DNA from: Leucoraja ocellata | Taxonomy: Eukaryota | DNA length: 64,000 bases | NCBI GenBank assembly: GCA_036785375.1 | Contig: JAWMAR010000321.1 | Coordinates: forward strand, 992,001 to 1,056,000 | Direction of reading: 5' to 3' | Part shown: piece by piece, positions 37,691 to 51,035 of the stretch | How the letters are laid out: each line of letters opens with the position of its first letter | How positions within the stretch are numbered: position 1 is the first letter of the stretch | Notes under the pieces: model-generated | What the model was told of the DNA's origin: nothing | Database searches by the model: none | What the model saw: only the letters and a program-made list of their open reading frames with translations | Program-made: the position numbers and the translations under genes

Positions 37691-39689
37691 CAAACCGAGT
37701 CTGGCAGATGCATCCTTTTGGCCTGCCAGCCCTGCTGGTCATGGGCCTATCAACTGACTCTCCGTGATATTAGCTGGCAATCAAAAAGAGAATTTCTTGC
37801 CTATCCTAAGATTGGGCTGTTTGTACTTTGTGATTTTTAATGTGGACCTAAATTTTACAGACCATTCCGTCAGCTAAATGCATCTGAGTTCAACAGTTAA
37901 TCTGTCCATTAGATTCAATTCCCAGTTTTGCAGTTAATCTATCAAATAAAACAGAGCTCTTGTTTTACTATCCTTTTATGAATACAGTTAAGAATCTCCC
38001 TTTAATCAGGCTCTATCTATCTCCTAGACAGTTTGTTTACCTTACCATTTGCACTTTGACACAGCTTCTAGGAAATTAACAAAGAAAAGTGTTTTAACTT
38101 CTTACGGGTTAATGAAGGATATTTTCAATTGCTTATTTATTAGTTATTTGACTTCTAACAAGATAATCTGCTGATATGATCTGTGCATTGTATTTAATCA
38201 TTGTTGTAGCACCCATGTTAGCCCCTCAGTGACTCAGTCTGGCTTCTGGAAGATGTAGAGATATCCTTAATACACAAGATCAATTCTTCCCCAAGATGAC
38301 CCTGGCTGTTGCACATGGACATTTGAAAGAACAAACTAAAATTGCTGGTTAAGGGCCTGCAACAATCACTGGAAGAGTTTTGGGGCAAACTTGCAGTTTT
38401 TGTGGATGAATCAGTTGAGCTTTATTGCTAAACCCTGCATCCGTTGAATGCACCAAAAAAGAGTGCAGTTCAGTTTTATGACGCCATTTTTAGTATTTGT
38501 AGGCTATCCTGTTAATTGAATGACACAATAGCGACTGGCAAATATCCACCCATTTAATGGAATTAAACATTCTGAGGTTTCTACTGATTGCTAATCCATT
38601 TTAAGTATTTTCTCCAAAAGAGCTTCTGCGTAGAGAGAATATTAATTGGCATCAAAATGATTCAGTTAAGAGGCTATAGAAAGCTGGATAGTGATAGCTT
38701 ATGTGGAAATAGATATGAAAATACAAATGCTCATAAATCCAAACCATTTCTGGTGCTGTTCATAAATGGCAGTTAAATCTAGGCTGTTATGCAAGGCAAA
38801 TCACCACATCAGTATCTGTAAGATGGCAAGGGTTAATATCTGGTATGTTTATGCACATGCCTCTCACACATTCCATTTTATTGTAGGAAACCACCATTGT
38901 CAGGAAAACTGCCAAATGCATTGATTTAACGTGAAGGCACGAGGTGTACATGCTATGCACCAGATGGTGAAAATGTAATGGAACATAGAAATAAAAAGTT
39001 AATAACATTTTGCCAAACCTATGAACATTCATTAACAGATATATCTTCATTTGGCACAACAGATTCACAGTCTATCATTTAGCATGCTGTTAGCTTTCTC
39101 CGTTTCTTCTCTGAGTGTGAATAATATTCTCGCTTCCACAGAACTGCCAGTCACACATGTGAACTGTCATTGAGCGATACCCAATGCTTCTGAATTATTT
39201 AAAGGGGCAAGCAGGTATATTTAATTCTAATGAAGGCTAGTGCGGAGGTTGGAATGCAGGAAGAATTTTATAGCTTGCAAAGCCAACATAGAGATTGCAA
39301 AGTATAATTAGCTCATTGTGTTGCTGGCAATGTAGACATCTCACAGCTACAATGCTCCAGGTTTAATTCTGACTTCCCAAGCAGTCAGTGCAGTTTTCCA
39401 ATTCACCCTGTGAATGCATGAGTTTCCTCTAGTTGTTTTGGATTTCTCCAATGGATTTGTTAATGGGCGTGTGTGAGATAATAGGTTCAGAGAAATGCAG
39501 CGCTGTGAGGAACTGGAGCTAGACGCAGGAAATTGCACAGTTTGGAGTCTCCATTTTCCAACGTGGGAAAAAGGTAGATTGAACCTTAACACGGAGTCTG
39601 ATGGATTCAACTTCCATTGCAACACAAGAAACAGCCACCCAGCAATTGAGTGTTGCCTCAGATCCATGCACTATGGCTGTGGATTGAAG

Positions 39690-39990
39690 AGGATCATGAG
39701 GGAAATAGATTGGGTAAATGTGCAGAGTCTTTTACCCAGATTAAGGGAATTAAGTACCAAGGAACATGGGTTTAAGATGAAAGGAGAAAGATTTAATAGG
39801 CGCCTGAGAGGTAACTTTATCTGACAAAGTGTAGTGGATATAGTCAGAGCAGGTAGTTGAGATATGCTCTATAACAACATTTATGACATTTTGACAGGTA
39901 CATGGATAGGAAAGGTTTAGAAGGATGTGGCCTTAACGCAGGCAGGTGGAATGAGTGTAGGTAGGGCATCCTGGTCGGCATGGGAAAGCT
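39690..39990 (+). mobile_element. CR1 3' fragment
   Basis: RIMREIDWVNVQSLLPR..HGFKMKGERFNRRLRGNF. Confidence 0.85.
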
Positions 39991-40214
39991 TATGCTCATA
40001 CCAAAGTAATCAGAGTAGAATTAGGCCATTTGGCCCATCAAGTCTACTCCACCATTCAATCTGACTGATCTAGCTTCCCCTCTTAACCACATTCTCCTAC
40101 CTACTACCCATAACCCCTGACACCTGTACTAATCAAGAATCTATCTATCTCTGCCTTAAAAATATCCATTGGACTTGGACTCCACAGCGTGTGGCAATGA
40201 ATTCCACAGATTCC

Positions 40215-40418
40215 TCAGAGGGCAGTGGAGGCAGGTTCTCTGGATGCTTTCAAGAGAGAGCTAGATAGGGCTCTTAAAAATAGAGGAGTCAGGGGATATG
40301 GGGAGAAGGCAGGAACGGGGTGCTGATTGGGGATGATCAGCCATGATCACATTGAATGGCGGTGCTGGCTCGAAGGGCCGAATGGCCTCCTCCTGCACCT
40401 ATTGTCTATCGTCTATTG
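40215..40418 (+). mobile_element. CR1 3' tail nested in the opposite orientation
   Basis: Splits host ccacagattc|accaccctctg; ends cctattgtctatcgtctattg. Confidence 0.85.
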
Positions 40419-40496
40419 ACCACCCTCTGACTAAAGAAATTCCTCCTCATCTCCTTCCTTAAGGAACATCCTTTTATTCTGAATCTATGACCATCC

Positions 40497-40818
40497 AGGA
40501 TGGCACGGTGGTACAGCGATAGAGCTGCTGCTTTAAAGCACTTGCAGCAACAGAGACTCGGGTTCGATTCCCGACTACGGGTGCTGGCTGTACGGAGTTT
40601 GTACGTTCTCTCCGTGACCACGTGGGTTTTCTCCGAGATCTTCGGTTTCCTCACACACTCCAACGACATATAGGTTTGTAGGTTAATTGATTTGGTATAG
40701 GAGTAAATTGTCCCTAGTGAATGTAGCATTGTGCTAATGTGCGGCGATCGCTGGTCGGTGCGGACTCAGTGGGCCGAAGGGCTTGTTTCCGCACTGTACC
40801 TCTAAACTAAACTAAACT
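40497..40818 (+). mobile_element. Full-length HE1-like V-SINE
   Basis: A box tggtacagcga, B box gggttcgattcc, V-domain, CR1-derived tail plus (ctaaa)n. Confidence 0.9.
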
Positions 40819-41454
40819 CTCCCACTAGTGGAAGTATCCTTTCCACATCCACTCTATCCAGGCCTTTCACTATTCGGTAAGTTTCAATGAGGTGCCCCCT
40901 CATCCTTCTAAACTCCAGCGAGTACAGGCCCAGTGCTGTCAAACGCTCATCATATGTTAACCCACTCATTCCTGGGATCATTCTCATAAACTTCCTTTGG
41001 GCCCTCTCCTGTGCCAGTACTTCCTTCCTCAGATATGGGGCCCCAAATTGTTCACATTATTCCAAATGCAGTCTGACCAGCGCCTTATATAGACGCAGCA
41101 TCACATCCCTGTTCCTGTATTCCAGTCCTCTCAAAATAAATGCTAGCTAGTTGGACTGTTTCTGTGCTCTATGACTCTATAATGCAGTAGGGTTTACAGA
41201 CTACCGCAACAGTCCAGCAATCCATCTTCCACTGGATCACTAGGATTGCTGAGATGCTACCCGGGAGAGTGCCAGTGGCCATATAGGACATGATCCTGCA
41301 GGATGACAGCTTTTGTCCTTCTACCCTGTCTCTCCCTCCGTCAGTATCCTTGCTGATTCCTGTCAGATGGCCAACCCAAACTGCTGCCTCCCAGGTTGTG
41401 ATGAAGCATTCTGACGACTTTTAGCCCCAGACCAGCTTCAGGTGATTATTGAAA

Positions 41455-41555
41455 CCAAAGATAGGCACAAAAAGCTGGAGTAACTCAGCGGGACAGGCAG
41501 CATCTCTGGAGAGAAGGGATGGGTGATGTTTCGGGTCGAGACCCTTTTTCAGACA
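41455..41555 (-). mobile_element. Short hammerhead-headed PLE-derived element
   Basis: Minus strand gtctgaaaaagggtctcgacccgaaacatcaccc..gagttactccagc. Confidence 0.8.
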
Positions 41556-41934
41556 TGTTCATATTGCAGCTGCTGGAGACGCACAGCAGGGAGGCAAAGG
41601 CATGCAGAAGACAGGCATCAAGAAAACTCATTCGTTGATTAGCTGATATTTTCATGCGATTTTGTATAAATTAATCAATTTGGTTTAGAATTGTACTAAT
41701 TTGATGAATGCAAGATTTGAGAGTCGAGGTGGTGATAGGAAGCTGAATGTAAGGACAATGAATTATGGAGAAATGCAACAATGAAAAAGGCCTTTGTCCC
41801 GATTCGCCCATGAAGACAAAGAAACCCCAGCCAAGCTATTCCCATTTCCCCATAACTGGCACTAATCCCTCTAAACTTTTTGTATCTATATATCAAGATC
41901 CTATTGTAATTCCTGACAGGCATCTTCACTGTCT

Positions 41935-42330
41935 ATGATATCATCTACTTTAGTATCATCTGCAAACTTACTACTCATGCCTTAGACAGTCATCCAAATC
42001 ATTGATATAGATGACAAACAGCAATGGGCCAGCATTGATCCCTGATACCTGTCATAGGCCTCCAGTCCAAGAAACAATGTTTCACCACCACACTCTGTTT
42101 CCTACCATGAAACAACTTCTGTAACTAATTAGCTGGCTGGATCTCATGCAATCTAACCTTCCAGAGCAGCCTTCCTTGCGGTACCCTAACATAAGCCTTG
42201 CTGACGTCCATGTTGATTACATCTACGCCCCTGCCCTCATCAACTTTCTCGGTTACATCTTCAAAAAACTCAAATCAAATTCGTGAATGAGAATCTCTCC
42301 CACACACAAAATTATGCTGACTATCCCTAA
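41935..42330 (-). mobile_element. CR1 RT-region fragment
   Basis: gtatcatctgcaaactt = KFADDT on the minus strand. Confidence 0.8.
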
Positions 42331-42342
42331 TCAACTTCTTTT

Positions 42343-42445
42343 TTAGACTGAAGAAGGGTCTCCACCTGAAAAATCACCCATTCCTTCTCTCCACTGATGC
42401 TGCCTGTCCCGCTGAGTTACTCTAGTATTTTGCGTTTATCTTCCA
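42343..42445 (+). mobile_element. Short hammerhead-headed PLE-derived element
   Basis: agactgaagaagggtctccacctgaaaaatcaccc..gagttactctag. Confidence 0.8.
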
Positions 42446-42945
42446 TGATCCCAGGAATGATTGGATGAAAATTTTGAACCTTATGATGAACGTTTAATGG
42501 CATTGGCTTATACTCACTGGAGTTTAGAAGGATGAGGGGGACCCGCATTGAAACATACCGAATAGGGGAAGGCCTGGATAGAGTGGATGTGGAGAGGATG
42601 TTTTGACTTGTGGGAGAATCTAAGACTAGAGGCCATAACCTCAGAATAAAAGGACATAACTTTAAAAAGCAGATGAGGAGGAATGTTTTTAGTCAGAGGG
42701 TGGTGAATCTGTTGAATTCATTGCCACAGAAGGCTGTGGAGGCCAAGTCAATGGATATTCTTAAGGCGGACATTGACAGACTCTTGATTTGTAAGGATGT
42801 CAGGGGTTATGGGGAGAAGGCAGGAAAATGGGGTTGTGAAGGAAAGATAGGACAGCCATGATTGAATGGCGCATGGTGGCCTGTGATTGAGGGCCCATAG
42901 ACTTGATGGGCTGAACGGCCCAATTCTGCTGCTATAACTTATGAA
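42446..42945 (+). mobile_element. CR1 3' fragment
   Basis: GESKTRGHNLRIKG..FSQRVVNLLNSLPQKAVEAKS. Confidence 0.9.
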
Positions 42946-44299
42946 CAATGGCCAAATCTTCAGCTTTAGGCTGCTCCCACAGTTTCTGCCTGCGGTTTAT
43001 CCTTTTATTGATGCGGACGGTCTACCACGATCACGGGCTACAGTCCCTGCAGTCTAGTGTTTCTTCCAGCACAGGTTCAAGATGTCATCATCATTACCAG
43101 TCAGGACATTGGCATCTTCACGGACTTCTCTGGCTGATTTTCACCTCATCTGCTTCCTGCCACAAATATCAGTGCATTTTGTTGCTCTCTGACTGTAGAA
43201 AATATTTCCTCCTATGGCGATAATTCCTTCGGCATTACAGCACTTCTGGAGATACAATTAAATCCTTTTATCCAGAGCCGTCTTTGCTTTTACTGCTAAT
43301 TAATCTCTCCATGCTCCATCCCTGTCAGTTAAGAAGTTAACAACTCAGCTGCCAAAGACTTCTCTGAAATATGTAACAGCTTGTGACCCTGTCCAACTCT
43401 TAACTTTAAGGCGAAATATTTTCAATCTGTCTTTGGCATTAGAATCCTATAAATGATCATATGAAACAAAGCTGTTGTGATTGTGCAGGTGGTGGATTTT
43501 TTGACTGGAATTTTTCATGGGAATTCCATCCCCAACGTTTTTTACGATTTTAATTTGCAGATGTTTTTAAAGTATGTTGCACGTGACTTAGCTGTGTTAA
43601 AGAAAACACACATATCATGAGCAGGCCACGGCCTTTCAAGCCTGTTCCACCATTTAATAATATCACGGCTGATGTGCTTTCCAGCTTCACCTGCACGTTC
43701 CCAAATTCCTTCCGATCCTTTTGCAACCTTGCTTACAAGTGGTGTGTCAACATCTATTGAGAGATATTCAATCTCGGTTGTCACTGTCGTCGGACAAAGT
43801 GTGTTCAAAAAACCCCTCAACCCTCTGAGAGAAAGAATGATTGTCTCATCTCTACAAAAAAAAAGTTTTCTAACAAGATTGCAATTAACGCTAAAAGCTC
43901 ATCAGATCCCCAGCCAAAATAAAATTGCAAAATTGGCCAAGATCCTGATCGAAATGGCTTTAAGGTAGATTACACCAAGGAACAGCACTACTAAACCAGG
44001 ACGTGGGTTCTTGAAGGGACCAGGATCAATTGTACCCAGCTGGTTATTTTGTGCTGTGCAGGCATCATACAGGGAGTCATCCTTGCACTCAATGTTGCAC
44101 CCTTTATCCGTACACTATGAACGACTAGATTGTAATCAAGCATAATCTTCTCTTTCACTGGAAAGCGCATAACAAAAGCTTTTCACTGTACCTTGATACA
44201 AGTGACAAATAATAAACTAAACTAAAGCAAGCTTATCATGAACGAGAAAGATTGGTGGGAAAAAGGAGAGAACATACATTCAATAAAAATGGGAAAGAG

Positions 44300-45127
44300 A
44301 ATTAGAATTAGAATTAGATTCCTTTATTGTCATTCAGACCTTTCGGTCTGAACGAAATTATGTTGCCTGCAGTCATACACAGAACCAATAAAAACAAAAC
44401 ATACAATAAACACAAATTAAATATCCACCACAGTGAGTTCACCAAGCACATCCTCACTGTGATGGAGGCAAAGTCTTAGTCTCCGTCTCTTCCCTCCTTG
44501 TTCTCCCTCTGCGCTGAGGCGATCGATCCAGGCCGAAGATGCCGCCCTCCAGTCCAGTGGACCTCCGTGGTGATGTCGTCGCCGCCGCCAAAAGCCGGAA
44601 CGCCGTCTCCGCTCCGAGACGGCCCGCCACAGCATCAGCTCCGGGCAGCCGCCCCCGCTCCAGGCTGCTGCCCCAGCTCCGGGTCCCGCAGTCTCAGCTC
44701 CAGGCCGCTGCCCCAGCTCCGGGTCCAGCAGTCTCAGCTCCGAGTCCCGCCGCATCAGCTCCAGTCCGCCGCCGAAAGCCAGAACGCCGCACCAGCAAGT
44801 CGGGCCACCGCTGCCTCAGCCCCGAAGACGGCCAGCCTCTCGTTGGTAAGTCCTGGCTGGCTCTGCCTCCGGAGCCTCGGGGTCGGTCGCAGGCTGGAGG
44901 CCGCCAGCTCCGCCATTAGGCCTCAGTGCAGACAGAGGCAGAGAAGGGGGATACGACACGAAAAAGTCGCATTCCTCCGAAGGAAGAGACAGAGAACATG
45001 TTTCACCCCCCAACACAACCCAACAAACTAAAACTTAAGCAAAACAAGACAAAAAAAACACCAGAAAAAAGTAAAGACAGACGGACTGCAGGCGAGCCGC
45101 AGCTGTTAACAACGCCGCCACTTCCGG
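44300..45127 (-). mobile_element. Full-length non-autonomous Rex-tailed element with GC-rich internal tandem repeats
   Basis: Minus strand starts ccggaagtggcggcg; 3' hairpin ttcagaccgaaaggtctgaa, tgacaataaa and (tctaat)n; internal cagctcc repeats at 44630-44770. Confidence 0.8.
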
Positions 45128-45649
45128 GGGAAGAACCCTTTTGTTTCAGGCTCAGTTAACTATGGGACTAGCTCTGTTTCAGGCTCTTTAACTAAGAGGA
45201 CTCGCACATTCAATAAAAGTGACATAAATACCATAACTGAGGTACGCGACAAGAGGGATGTTTGTTGAGAGAAGGAGGCAGGGGAGGTGGGCTTGGTGGA
45301 CGGAGGTGAGGGCCCATAGTTAAAAGAGCCTGAAACAAAAGGGTTCTGCAGGTTCGCCTTTAAGAGGAAGCAGATTAATTCCATGTATTAACTGTTCTGC
45401 CTCCACCTACTCATCTCTTTATCATGAGCACTCTGCTAGTGAAATAACTTAGAGAGCTGACTCAGGGGAGATGAACAAAGATAGCAGGCCCCATGCACAA
45501 CAAATCAGGGTGGCTCAGCTTCAGATCTGAATGGTGAAACAGCAGTGAAGTGGTCTATTCCAACAGACCAATACACAATTGCCTGCCAAGTCCTCTGAGA
45601 GTTTGCCTGGCATTCAGATCCAGGACAATGATGTGTTCCTTCTCAAGAA

Positions 45650-45790
45650 CACAAATTCACAAGGTCATAAGGGATAGGAGTAGAATTCGGTCATTCGGCC
45701 CATCAAGTCTACTCTGCCATTCAATCATGGCTAATCTATCTCCCTCCTAATCCCCATTCTCCTGCCTTCTCCCCATAACCTCTGACACCC
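45650..45790 (-). mobile_element. CR1 3' tail
   Basis: ggagtagaattcggtcattcggcccatcaagtctactc. Confidence 0.75.
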
Positions 45791-46989
45791 GCTGTGACCC
45801 CTCACCGAATCATGCCCCACCCACACACAGCAATCCCCGACTGCTCTTTCAATTGACCCTGGGCAGTTGTCTGAAGAGCTTCAGTAGTCACATAGAGAAC
45901 CATATAATATAGGACTTGGATATTGAAACCACTAAACCAATTTGAAAAAGGAAAGAAACCAGCGTGTTCACACACTGAACTTTTTTTTTCTCGTTTATGA
46001 TATTGTTTACAGAGTACTATGTTTACATTTTCTGTTGTGCTGCTGCAAGTTCATTGAATTTCATTGTTCTAACTGGGACATATAACAATAAAAAAAACTT
46101 GTGTTCATCTTAATCAAACGTGCTAAGATTTTCTATTTGCATTTTTTAAGACTTCTTATTTTCTGTCGCCGGCAGGCTGAGGTTACACGGAGATAAGTCA
46201 TACTAATGTGGCAACTGCTGACATCTCTGTGTATCCTGTTACTCTACACCTAGAAAGGTTGCCAATGTCATGCACATTGGATGAGTGCTCAAGCTAAAAC
46301 TTGATACCAGCTAAATAATGACTGATAATTTCATCTTAAAATGTACAGCCTCACTGCAGCAGAACAATAATTATGAACACATGCCATATCCGCTATGTTG
46401 CTCTGGCATTGATTGCATATGATACCCAGTGCAAAATTGATTTATTGAACCCCTGCTTGCACTGTTGCAGGGTCGTTATCATGGTCATCTCTGTGGCAGG
46501 GACAGCAAAGAATTATAAGGAAGGTTACAAATTGAGATTAAGCATTTGCTTTACTTTGCCCCTTCGCTTGGCATGCTCCTTTATGTGTGGAATGGTAAGA
46601 GATAAGATCAGGTACAAGAGTATCAGTGACAAATGATCTGTGAATTATCATGCATTTGTAAGCAGAAGGAAGATTGGGTAGCTTAAGGATATAGAATGAG
46701 GTAGCTAATATGTGGATCATACATGTGTTGGTGCTTCTGTTAAGTGTGATAGGATTCTTTGGCTTTGTATTTACTGAGAAGATGCTGCAAAACTGAGGTG
46801 AAGCTTTGGTTGCTGAGCACGGACCATCACCTTGTTGGTTCTTCTTTCTCCTACTCCTCATTTGGTCCAGGCTCCTTGTTCCTCAACCTTCAGCACCAGC
46901 CTGCCGTCTTTACCAGTCAAGTTTGCACAACATATAACAGATGGCGATGCAATCCCCATATCTCCTCACTTCCTATGGGGCAGAACTAT

Positions 46990-47415
46990 CATAGAAACAT
47001 AGAAACATAGAAAGTAGGTGCAGGAGTAGGCCATTCGGCCCTTCGAGCCTGCACCGCCATTCAATATGATCATGGCTGATCATCCAACTCAGTATCCTGT
47101 ACCTGCCTTCTCTCCATACCCCCTGATCCCTTTAGCCACAAGGGTCACATCTAACTCCCTCTTAAATATAGCCAATGAACTGGCCTCAACTACCTTCTGT
47201 GGCAGAGAATGCCACAGATTCACCATTCTCTGTGTGAAAAATGTTTTTCTCATCTCGGTCTTAAAAGACTTCCCCCTTATCCTTAAACTGTGACCCTGTG
47301 TTCTGGACTTCCCCAACATCGGGAACAATCTTCCTGCATCTAGCCTGTCCAACCCCTTAAGAATTGTGTAAGTTTCTATAAGATCCCCCCTCAATCTTCT
47401 AAATTCTAGCGAGAA
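46990..47415 (-). mobile_element. Young CR1 3' fragment
   Basis: SLEFRRLRGDLIETYTILKGLDRLDAGRLFP; (catagaaa)n tail. Confidence 0.92.
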
Positions 47416-48024
47416 CAAGCTGAAATCCTCGATGAATGTCACACTTCAACGAATAAGGCGTGTTTTTTTTTACAGTTATAAAGGGACCAATTGTGCAATT
47501 GTCCCCATTTTACAAATACATTCAAACTTTGAAATGTGTTGGATTATTTCATATGTACCTGGCCAAAATCTTAATTAGGCACATATTTATCGTTCCTTTG
47601 TGCAAATTTAATACTGATGAACGAGGCCTGCCCAACTTGAGAAACCACTGTGGCTTATGAAAAGTAGTCACTAAAGGCTATATTGAAAGGAGCAAAAAGG
47701 GAAAACATATTTTGGCAGAACAAGACTGTACCCCCCAAAAATGCTCCTCACCTGCTGTCATTTGCTATTACACTGGCTGTTACATTGGCTTTCCTGTGGA
47801 GAGCAACACACAATTCATCATTTTAACTTCATGTGCCTGAGCAAGAATGACAGGCACTGGCATTGTTCCCAACTGATACAACTGAGGTTTAAGCATAATT
47901 AGATCTAAAGATAGTCTTTAATTGATTTCCACTCCATAATCTCATATTCTTCATGTCTTCATTTATTAGAGTGTATAGAATCTGATGTTATTGCTGAGCT
48001 AACAGCACAGTGTGTAAATTCAAG

Positions 48025-48322
48025 GTTTAGTTTAGTTTAAGTTTAGAGATACAGCGTGGAAACAGGCCCTTCAGTCCACCAAATCAGTGATCCCCGCACA
48101 TTACCACTATCCAACACGCACTAAGGCCAATTTACATTTATACCAAACCAATTATTCTTGTACATCTTTGGAAGGAGGTGTGGTAGGAAAACGAAGATCT
48201 CGGAGAAAACCCACGCAGGTCACAGGGAGAAAATATAAACTCCATATAGTCAGGATCAAACCCGGAACCCGGGGTTCTAGTGCTGTAAAGCAGCAACTCT
48301 ACAGCTGCGCCACTGTGTGCCA
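48025..48322 (-). mobile_element. HE1-like V-SINE
   Basis: Homologous to 3968-4260 and 57445-57758. Confidence 0.85.
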
Positions 48323-49264
48323 CCATTACCTAATTTATCTAATTCAGCTTTGGGATTTTATAATGACATTTTCTAATTGAACCTTTCTGGCTGCTGTTTT
48401 TTCCCCAACTTTTGTCCCCAACTGGATGTTTTCCGGAAGAGGTAAACAATTATTTGTGATAAAAGACCCAATAACGTCCAACTAAATGTAATGGTATGCC
48501 TTAGGCATTTAACTAGAACTCATTCAATTCAGATGCAGGACAGAAGGTTTGAATATCTTTTTGTTGAGTGGTTGGGAGTTGTGGAAAAGTAAACAAATCT
48601 CAATATAGGGAAGAATAAAAAGTGGATGCCATTATTGCACTTGAATGGGTTGCAATGCAAAAGTGAGCAAGCCATCCTTCAGTCGGACAGAGCTTTGGTT
48701 AAGTCGGAAGATATTTTGGGCTTAGAGGGAGTATTTTTCAAAAATAGTGAGAGTGCTACATGAGCCAAAAGAGATGACATCGTTTTCGTAATATTTGTCT
48801 GACTTATCCTGAGCTTAAGGAATCCAATAAATTGGAGTGTAATCTTAAAATAAGAGTTGGTCCACGTGAGATTGAAATTGGAAATTTTCATCCGAAGAGT
48901 AGGAATTTTCAATTCTTTCCCAAAAGCATGTGAATAAGAGAGCAATTGAAATGTTCTCGTTTGGGTGTCAGATTGATGCAGCAGGTAGCCTTTCTGCCTC
49001 TCAGCTCCAGCGACCCAGGTGGGGAGAAATAAATAAGGAGAATTAAATTGTTGTGATCAATCTGAGAACTGACAAGGATAGGTTAGACCACATAGCCTTC
49101 TTTTATGCAATGAAAAATGAAAAATGTATAGATAAATTTATGTCGTAAAGAAAATCTGGCTAATATCAATTGGAAAGTTGTAATTGGCTCAAGTAATAGA
49201 ATGTCTTGTTCTTAACTTAATGTTTCTCTTGCACTAGGAGAGATTAAAAACAGTAATTCCTGTA

Positions 49265-49660
49265 AGTATTCATTCCCATCATGAATGCTAAAAATACTGA
49301 ATCTGCATTCCTTGGAATTTAGAAGGAGGGCGATTTGAAGAAATAAGATCCTAAAGGGGCATACCAGGGTCAATCTTGAGATGTTTCTACTATTGAGAGA
49401 GTCTCAAATGAGATGTCATAGAAACAATATGAAGGGGCTGTCATGTAAAATTGAGATATGTAGGGATTTTTTTCTCGCAGAATATCTGGAGGCATTTAAA
49501 GAGGACATAGATATTTTTTTGATAGATGAGAGAATAGAGGGTTAGGGGGGATTGGCACACGAGAGGAATTGATGCCTGGGGTGAACTAGCTATGATTGTA
49601 ATGAATGTCACGGCAGGCTTCATGGGGCCAGATGGCCCATTAGAATGCACCTATTTTCTT
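49265..49660 (+). mobile_element. Old CR1 3' fragment
   Basis: cattccttggaatttagaagg..; tail atggggccagatggccc..cctattttct. Confidence 0.65.
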
Positions 49661-49849
49661 GTTGTCTTGTACGCTCATCATGCATTATTTTGTCATTTTC
49701 ATTGTTTAACTCTTCTTAACCAATCGACCTTTGTTGTTGTGCCCATCCACACTATGTGCCCTCTTGGTTTATTTTATTATTCTTACTCTTGGTATTGTGC
49801 ATTCTGCCAATCAGGTTTTTGAATTAATCAATTGATTAATTAATGAATT

Positions 49850-50160
49850 AGATCTTGCATACACAAGTGTGCAAAGAGTCGCCACACATAGGGTGCGGAC
49901 AAAGTTGCAAAGTATTCCAATTGTCCTTTGTTTTTGGTGTCCACCACCCCCCACCCCCCACGCCAGGTCCCTCCCTGTTCTCTTGGTGCCCCATCCCCCC
50001 ATGCTGGGACCCTGTTTGTTCTCGACGGTGTGTCCGCATCCGACCTCCGGCCCCCACTGCGGCCCTGTCATCGTCCAACCCCCGGCACCCACCGCGGGCC
50101 CGTCCTCGACCGCTGCTGCTTCCTCTATTGACGTCTCCGCGGAGCTCACCGGGAGCTTCC
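49850..50160 (-). mobile_element. GC-rich short interspersed element fragment (unclassified)
   Basis: Sharp GC/CpG-rich island with (taat)n-like tail at ~49820-49850; architecture similar to the Rex-tailed elements. Confidence 0.5.
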
Positions 50161-51035
50161 CACTGCAAGTGAACAGCAGCTTTTTTAGGGCTCAGTTGGG
50201 GCTTTCAGTTTCTCCCCATCAACTGGGTAAAATTGCCATCGACCAACGTTGAACAGCATGCAGATACTGAATGGAAAACATTTTGGCAGCCATTTTGTAA
50301 CATCTGTGCTTTCCCTTACTCTATCTGCATCAGAAATTGGCAGAATAGCATTACACTGCATTTTTCTTGGTATACTCGCTGTCAAACTAATCTATTAAAC
50401 ATGTAATGGAATAAGGTAATAGTAGCAGTAATGTAAGAGTTTTTAATAGAAGTGCTTGAGCTCAACTAACTGCTCCATATAATTGAAAATAATGAGTTGT
50501 CTAAAAATTGTGCTGATCCATGTCATCTTTGGCTTTTATTTCTTCGTGGTTCCTCTTTCTCCCAACAACAGAAGTTATCTGGCTTAACTAATTATCTGTA
50601 AATTGTGAGATTAGCTCTATTTGCAGGCTAGACGGATTTTTTTTCCCAATGTTCCAGATAATCACCCTGATTTTATAAAGACAGACTAATATCTTCAAGA
50701 TGGTGACCAGACCCATATGGAATTTAAATGATGCATTGTAGAAAGTAGTTTTCCAATCAGTAGTCTGTTTGACATTTTGTAGAAAGTCGAGCTATCAAAA
50801 TCTAATGACTTCCCTACTCCTCAAGCACTTGCCTTCAGAAAATGACTTTGGCAATAAAATAGTATTGAATGAACTGGAACATGCTCCTGTAGAGTGAAAT
50901 TGATTTTCAATCCTTAATGTATCATGACTAAGTTAAAACACTTTATTCTATGTTATAGTTTCAGACAAAAGTGTTTGCCTAGAAATTGGATTGCATGCAA
51001 TACAAAATTCCATGAAATAAAATAAATCACACAAT

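Larger units (their letters stand above)
40005..41148 (-). mobile_element. CR1 fragment hosting a nested CR1 tail and a SINE
   Basis: RMIPGMSGLTYDERLTALGLYSLEFRRMRGHLIETYRIVKG; sequence resumes across both inserts. Confidence 0.9.

Noticed and set aside
40497-40580. tRNA gene
   Set aside because: tRNA-derived SINE head continuing into the V-domain and LINE tail; no complete cloverleaf
44417-45031. Several 110-180 aa ORFs (also 53503-54278)
   Set aside because: Stop-poor GC-rich repeat bodies; no consistent protein between related copies
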